The notes under the pieces are model-generated. The model saw only the letters and a list, made by a program, of their open reading frames with translations, made no database searches and had not been told where the DNA came from. DNA of 64,000 bases. It comes from Candidatus Marinacidobacterales bacterium (GTDB taxonomy: Bacteria > Acidobacteriota > Vicinamibacteria > Marinacidobacterales > SMYC01). Below, one piece after another: positions 58,731-64,000 of the stretch; position 1 is the first letter of the stretch; each line of letters starts with the position of its first letter. The DNA lies in NCBI GenBank assembly GCA_965224085.1, contig CBDCYI010000011.1, positions 64,001 through 128,000 of the forward strand. Direction: 5' to 3'. Both the position numbers and the translations under genes were made by a program.

Positions 58731-60660
58731 TCAGAAGTTCCCCTAACAGAAACACCTAGAACGGGGTGTAATTCATTGATTCTAAGTGGGAAACGAGAAA
58801 ACGTGGCCCCACAAGTTTTCCCATGTATTGATCTGTTTTATATTGATATTAAGCTTTTTATGTGTATTATTGTTGCCATGTATGTCGACATCGTTCCCAA
58901 CCGGAACTCCCGGCCAGCCATCTTGTTGCGCGAGGGTTGGCGAGAGGGAAAGCGCATCCGAAAACGCACCATCGCCAATCTGACGGAGTGGCCCAAGGCC
59001 AAGGTCGAAGCCCTGCGACGCTTACTGAGAGACGAGCCCTTGATGGCTCCGTCGGATGTGTTCGTCGTGCAGCGGACACTGCCCCACGGCCATGTCGAGG
59101 CAGTGCTCGGCACCATCCACCAACTGGAACTCGATAGACTCATCGCGTCGAAACGATGTCGCGAACGCGATCTGGTTATCGCCATGATTGCCGAGCAACT
59201 CATTCATCCCAGCTCGAAGTTGGGCACGACACGACTGTGGCACACGACAACGCTGGCGCAAGAGCTCGGCGTGGTCGATGCGGACGAAGATGATCTCTAT
59301 GCGGCAATGGATTGGTTGATCCAGCGCCAGTCTCGGATCGAAAAGAAGCTGGCGAGTCGACACCTTTCCGAGGGTGCACAGGTGCTTTACGATGTGAGCA
59401 GTAGCTACTATGAAGGATGCACCTGTCCACTGGCTCTTTTCGGCTACGGCCGAGATGGTAAAAAGGGCAAACCCATCGTTGTCTATGGAGTGTTAACGGA
59501 CCACGAAGGACGTCCCGTGGCCGTGGAGGTCTACCCGGGGAACACAGGGGATCCGACGACACTGCCGGATCAAGTACAAAAGCTTCGTGAGCGTTTTGAG
59601 CTTCAACAGGTGGTGCTGGTTGGTGACCGGGGCTTGCTCACTCAGACTCAGATTAAGGCTCTAAGGCAATACCCAGGACTTGGCTGGATCTCAGCCTTGC
59701 GTTCGACAGCGATTCGCAAACTACTGGACACGGAGTGTTTGCAGCTGTCGCTGTTCGACCAAAAAAACCTGGCGGAGATCACTTCTATTGATTTTCCCGG
59801 TGAGCGACTGATTGCTTGCTACAACCCTCTGCTGGCCGAAGAGAGGCGAAGGAAGCGCCAGGCCCTGCTTGAAGCGACCGAGGCCAAGTTCGACAAGATC
59901 CGCCGACAGGTTGCCCGGCGAACGAAAACTCCTTTGGACAAAGCTGAAATTGGCAAGAAGGTCGGAAAGGTGCTCAACTATTACAAAGTGGGCAAGCACT
60001 TCACACTGAAGATCGAAGATAGCCTTTTTAGCTACAGCAGACGCGAGGAAAGCATTCGCCGAGAATCGGAACGCGACGGCATCTACGTAATCCGCACCAG
60101 CGAGCCGCTTGAGCATCTCTCGGCCGAGGACACCGTGCGCAGCTACAAGCGGCTCTCTCAGGTTGAACAAGCCTTTCGTTGTTTGAAGGGCATCGACCTG
60201 TTAGTACGACCCATCCGCCATCGCGATGCCCAACGCGTGCGGGCACACATCTTCTTGTGCTTGCTCGCCTACTATGTGCAATGGCACATGAAAAAGGCCC
60301 TTGCTCCACTACTTTTCGTCGACGAGCAACTTGACGCCGACCGCGAGACCCGAGACCCCGTCTTGCCAGCTCTGCCCTCGACTTCGGCCAAAAACAAAAA
60401 GAGCGTCCGTCGCACATCTGACGGATTACCTATTCACAGTTTCCCCACGCTTCTTGCCGAGCTTGCTACCCGCAGTCTCAACCTTTGCCAACTCAAAGCC
60501 GACCCGACCGCTCCACCATTCCAGATGGTGACCGAAGCCAACTCAACACAACAACGCGCAATGCAACTGCTCGGTTTGTTCCCAGTGCCGGGAAACCTTC
60601 CCTGATGAAAAACTCCACGCGTTCAATACATTACGTCTGGCCTAAGCCGGGAACTTCCGG
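58731..60660 (+). mobile_element. IS1634-family element 1
   Basis: IRs TCAGAAGTTCCC / GGGAACTTCCGG (10 of 12 match), flanked by CTAG and CTTAG. Confidence 0.8.
58878..60605 (+). CDS. IS1634-family transposase
   Basis: YDVSSSYYEG, GYGRDGK, VGDRG, Y..LSQVEQAFR..K..L.VRPI.H. Confidence 0.93.
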   Translation: MYVDIVPNRNSRPAILLREGWREGKRIRKRTIANLTEWPKAKVEALRRLLRDEPLMAPSDVFVVQRTLPHGHVEAVLGTIHQLELDRLIASKRCRERDLVIAMIAEQLIHPSSKLGTTRLWHTTTLAQELGVVDADEDDLYAAMDWLIQRQSRIEKKLASRHLSEGAQVLYDVSSSYYEGCTCPLALFGYGRDGKKGKPIVVYGVLTDHEGRPVAVEVYPGNTGDPTTLPDQVQKLRERFELQQVVLVGDRGLLTQTQIKALRQYPGLGWISALRSTAIRKLLDTECLQLSLFDQKNLAEITSIDFPGERLIACYNPLLAEERRRKRQALLEATEAKFDKIRRQVARRTKTPLDKAEIGKKVGKVLNYYKVGKHFTLKIEDSLFSYSRREESIRRESERDGIYVIRTSEPLEHLSAEDTVRSYKRLSQVEQAFRCLKGIDLLVRPIRHRDAQRVRAHIFLCLLAYYVQWHMKKALAPLLFVDEQLDADRETRDPVLPALPSTSAKNKKSVRRTSDGLPIHSFPTLLAELATRSLNLCQLKADPTAPPFQMVTEANSTQQRAMQLLGLFPVPGNLP

Positions 60661-60665
60661 CTTAG

Positions 60666-62644
60666 CCCATGTTTACCCTTTATGGGCACCCTAACGCTCG
60701 TAAGTGACTGAATTCAAAGGAACGGGGGTTGAATTTGCCCAAAACGTAGAGACAGATATTGTGCTTTGAGCGCCATTAATACGTTGTAATCGTGGACAAT
60801 GATATGTAGTATGCGTGAGGACAGGTTATGTTCTTCCGCATCGTTCGGGCCGCAGGCGGCAAAGGGGTTCAACATGAGTATGTCCGCCTGGTCGAGTCGT
60901 ATCGGGAGCACGGCAAGCCGAAGCAACGCGTAGTGTGCAACTTGGGGCGCAAGGATCTCCTAGTTGCCAATCTCGACTCCCTCAATCGGTTGCTTGGGGC
61001 CGGTGAACCGGCCGACACCGAGCGAGCAGCCGAGCAGATCGCGGGGGCAGACGCGTGGGATTGGGGTCCGATGGTGGTGACGGCGACGCTGTGGCGCGAG
61101 CTCGGACTGGAGCAGATTCTCGACCGGCTCGGAGGCCGCGGCAAGCGCGACGGAGTGGCGCTAAGCGAGCGAGCTTTGGTGCTGGTCGCCAACCGGCTAT
61201 GTGCTCCGTCAAGCGAGCACGGTCTGGCGCGCTGGCTCGAGACCGACTTCGTCTGCGACCGGCAGGGGCGGCGGTGGGTGCCGCAGTGGCGCGATGATGG
61301 GGAGCGGCGAGCGAGTCGCTCCCCGCGGGTTCGCGTGGAGTTTTGCCAACTCAAGCAATGGTACCGAACGCTCGACCAGCTGCATGCCCGCAAAGAACAG
61401 ATCGAGAAAGAGCTGTTTTTGCGCTTGCGGGATCTGTTTTCGCTTGAGGTTGACATGGTGTTTTACGACCTGACGTCGACGTACTTCGAAGGTCAAGGCC
61501 CTCCGGGGCTCGGCGCCCACGGCTACAGTCGCGACCGCAGACCGCGTAACCGGCAAGTGCTTGTCGGTCTGGTGATGGTGGACGGTTGGCCGATCGCCCA
61601 CCATGTTTTCGCCGGCAACTGGCGTGACGCGAAAACGGTGCCGCAGGTGCTCAACGATCTCAACGAACGATTCGGTTTGCACCGCGTGGTTTTTGTCGGC
61701 GACCGAGGGATGGTAACGAGCGACAGCCTGGCGGTGGTGCGCTCGCGCAAGCAGGGCTATCTCGTCGGGCTGCAAAGACGACGGCGCGAGGAGGTCTATC
61801 GTTACATCGAGCGCGCCAGCGGAGAGTGGATCGACTGCCCTGGTGGCATCACGGTGAGCGAAAAAGCCGAGCCACCTAAGACTCGTGTGCAAGAAGTCCG
61901 CTCCGAGCAGTCTGGCGTGCGCATCTTCGTCGTTCACAGCGACGAAAGGCTCGCCTACGAGCGCGGGCAGAGGCTGCGGGCCATGGGACGTGCCCGTGCG
62001 GCATTCGAGGCCCTTGAGCGCCGCGTGCGCGAGGGACGATTGAAAGCCCCCGAGAAAATCGGTGCCGCCGCCGCGCGCATACAGGCACGCCACCACGGTC
62101 ACCGTTACTACGACTGGGAGTACAAAAACGCTCGCTTCCGCTTCTTCGAGCACCCGGTCAACCTCAAGCGCGAGCAAGCCTACGAGGGTAAGTACGTTAT
62201 TCAAACCGAGGAGCAAAACCTCTCTCCGGTCGACGCCGTGCGCCTTTACAAGGACCTAAACGAGGTCGAGCGAGCCTTCTCATGCCTTAAGGATGTCATT
62301 GAGATGCGTCCCGTTTACCACCAGACCGATGAGCGTGTGGGGGCACATCTTTTCGTAGCTACGCTGGCCTTCCTTGTGCATCGGGCTCTTGAGAAAAAGC
62401 TCAAGGTCGCCGAACTCGACCTGTCCGCAACCGAGGCACTACAAGCGCTACGCTCGGTCCGGCTCGTCGACTTACAGCTGGGTTCTGGGCGGACCAAGCG
62501 CGTCGTCACGCGCGGCACCGCTCGCGCCAACTCGATCCTGACTGCACTCGGAATCGTTGAACGCGACCCGCCAGCCTTCTCCGAGGAGGTGCTGTCAGCG
62601 TAGAGACAAACCGCGGATCTCAGTCCTTTGTTTATGATGACTTA
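60666..62644 (+). mobile_element. IS1634-family element 2 (right end interrupted by element 3)
   Basis: Starts CCCATGTTTACC right after CTTAG; subterminal imperfect IR 60701-60721 vs 62624-62644; no matching outer end before element 3. Confidence 0.7.
60828..62603 (+). CDS. IS1634-family transposase (divergent subgroup)
   Basis: YDLTSTYFEG, GYSRD.R, VGDRGM, YK.L.EVERAF..LK..MRPVYH. Confidence 0.93.
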   Translation: MFFRIVRAAGGKGVQHEYVRLVESYREHGKPKQRVVCNLGRKDLLVANLDSLNRLLGAGEPADTERAAEQIAGADAWDWGPMVVTATLWRELGLEQILDRLGGRGKRDGVALSERALVLVANRLCAPSSEHGLARWLETDFVCDRQGRRWVPQWRDDGERRASRSPRVRVEFCQLKQWYRTLDQLHARKEQIEKELFLRLRDLFSLEVDMVFYDLTSTYFEGQGPPGLGAHGYSRDRRPRNRQVLVGLVMVDGWPIAHHVFAGNWRDAKTVPQVLNDLNERFGLHRVVFVGDRGMVTSDSLAVVRSRKQGYLVGLQRRRREEVYRYIERASGEWIDCPGGITVSEKAEPPKTRVQEVRSEQSGVRIFVVHSDERLAYERGQRLRAMGRARAAFEALERRVREGRLKAPEKIGAAAARIQARHHGHRYYDWEYKNARFRFFEHPVNLKREQAYEGKYVIQTEEQNLSPVDAVRLYKDLNEVERAFSCLKDVIEMRPVYHQTDERVGAHLFVATLAFLVHRALEKKLKVAELDLSATEALQALRSVRLVDLQLGSGRTKRVVTRGTARANSILTALGIVERDPPAFSEEVLSA

Positions 62645-62645
62645 G

Positions 62646-64000
62646 ACGGAGCTTCCGCCGGCTAGACGCATGTAAACCCGTACGTTTAAAGCAGATGTGG
62701 CCGTTCTAAGTGTAATCAGTACGCATGTAATAATAACGGTATGGTTGATAATGCTGATTAGATCCTGTATAGTCGGCGCATGTACATCGCCAAGGTGCCG
62801 AACCGTAACTCGCCCCCAGCGATTCTCATTCGCGAAAGCTACCGCGAAGGCGGTAAGCCCAAAACGAGGACCGTCGCCAACATCTCGAAGTGGAAGCCCG
62901 CTCGAATTGAAGCTCTTCGCCAGTTGCTGAAGGGCAACGTGGATTTGGGTGAGGCTCAGCAATTCGAGATCACCAGAAGCAAACCTCACGGACATGTTGC
63001 GGCCGTGCTGGGAACGCTGCGCAAAGTTGGCCTCGAGCGAATCATCCATAGCCGCCAGCGCCGAGAGCGTGACCTCGTGGTGGCGATGATTGTGGCGCGA
63101 ATCGTAGAGCCGGGCTCCAAGTTGGCCACGGCCCGTGGTCTATCGAAACAGACCTTGACTTCGTCTTTGGGTGAGTGTGTTGGAGTTGAAGACTCCAACG
63201 AGGATGAGTTGTATGAGGCCCTGGATTGGCTTTTGAGCCGCCAAGCTGCCATAGAGAAGAAACTGGCGAAACGCCATCTGCAGCAGGGCAGCTTGGTTCT
63301 CTACGACTTGACGTCGACTTGGGTGGAAGGTCGGTCGTGCCCTCTGGCGAAGCTCGGTTACTCGAGAGACGGCAAGAAAAACAAACTGCAGATCGTGTTC
63401 GGCTTACTGTGTGAGCGTAATGGTCGGCCGGTCGGGGTAGAGGTGTTCGAAGGCAACACCGGAGATCCCGCAACACTGGGGAGCCAAATTCGCAAAGTCC
63501 GAGAACGTTTTGAGCTTGACAATATCGTCTTCGTAGGTGACCGAGGGATGATCACCGAAGCTCGGATTCGCGAGGAACTTCGACCAGAGGAAGGTCTCGA
63601 GTGGATCAGCTCACTTCGTGCCCCGCAGATTCAGCGACTTGCAAAAGACGGAATGCTACAGCCTTCTCTGTTCGATGAGGTCGACCTAGCGGAGATCCAT
63701 CATCCTAACTTTCCTGGTGAGCGACTCATTGCTTGTCGCAACCCTCTTCTTGCTGCCGAGCGGGCACGGAAACGGGAAGAGATGCTTGTGTCGACGGAGT
63801 CGAAGCTAGAAGTGATTCGCAAAGCGACGAAGCGAGACCAGCGTCCTTTGCGAGGCAAAGATACCATCGGCATACGATTGGGTCGAGTGTTCGCTCGGAG
63901 CAAGATGGGCAAGCACTTTCGCTACACCATTACGGACGACAGCTTCGACTTCGAGCGCGACAACGATAACATCGAGCGTGAGGCGACCCTCGACGGTATC
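62646..64000 (+). mobile_element. IS1634-family element 3 (partial)
   Basis: Left end ACGGAGCTTCC after TTAG resembles the element 1 ends. Confidence 0.75.
62780..64000 (+). CDS. IS1634-family transposase, runs off the window end (absent from the ORF track)
   Basis: MYIAKVPNRNSPPAILIRESYREGGK..PHGHVAAVLG..YDLTSTWVEG..GYSRDGK..VGDRGM. Confidence 0.92.
   Translation, partial: MYIAKVPNRNSPPAILIRESYREGGKPKTRTVANISKWKPARIEALRQLLKGNVDLGEAQQFEITRSKPHGHVAAVLGTLRKVGLERIIHSRQRRERDLVVAMIVARIVEPGSKLATARGLSKQTLTSSLGECVGVEDSNEDELYEALDWLLSRQAAIEKKLAKRHLQQGSLVLYDLTSTWVEGRSCPLAKLGYSRDGKKNKLQIVFGLLCERNGRPVGVEVFEGNTGDPATLGSQIRKVRERFELDNIVFVGDRGMITEARIREELRPEEGLEWISSLRAPQIQRLAKDGMLQPSLFDEVDLAEIHHPNFPGERLIACRNPLLAAERARKREEMLVSTESKLEVIRKATKRDQRPLRGKDTIGIRLGRVFARSKMGKHFRYTITDDSFDFERDNDNIEREATLDGI

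Overview
A GC-rich bacterial window. The gene repertoire (kinase-TPR, PQQ/FG-GAP, DUF885, CarD) suggests Acidobacteriota, but that is inference only. It is a mosaic of intact housekeeping blocks (metX-metY-CoA-binding, nfeD-nfeD-floA, lspA, Mo-oxidoreductase, AbgB, HtrA, tRNA-Leu, carD, plsC, glnA, peptidases) and many truncated or chimeric gene remnants. Mobile elements include IS6, an IS5/IS903-group element, an IS1-like remnant and three stacked IS1634 elements. The best candidate for a new system is at 10345-17423. There a TPR protein precedes a 1791-aa fusion of a DUF6079/BrxC(PglY)-type ATPase with a C-terminal PglZ-like phosphodiesterase that keeps its metal-ligand motifs. No methyltransferase or other BREX gene is visible. 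An FHA-like/RING gene and a truncated E1 (ThiF) gene lie directly upstream. Other notable items: an 8x26-bp tandem array that forms a chain of coupled 9-codon mini-ORFs leading into lspA; an NRPS fragment ending in a lipid-A-type acyltransferase; an identical 97-bp orphan element found twice 42 kb apart; a leaderless NTase toxin-antitoxin pair with a palindromic operator; and a collapsed tRNA-Leu island. All family calls come from motif recognition, not database searches. Some frameshifts may be sequencing errors.
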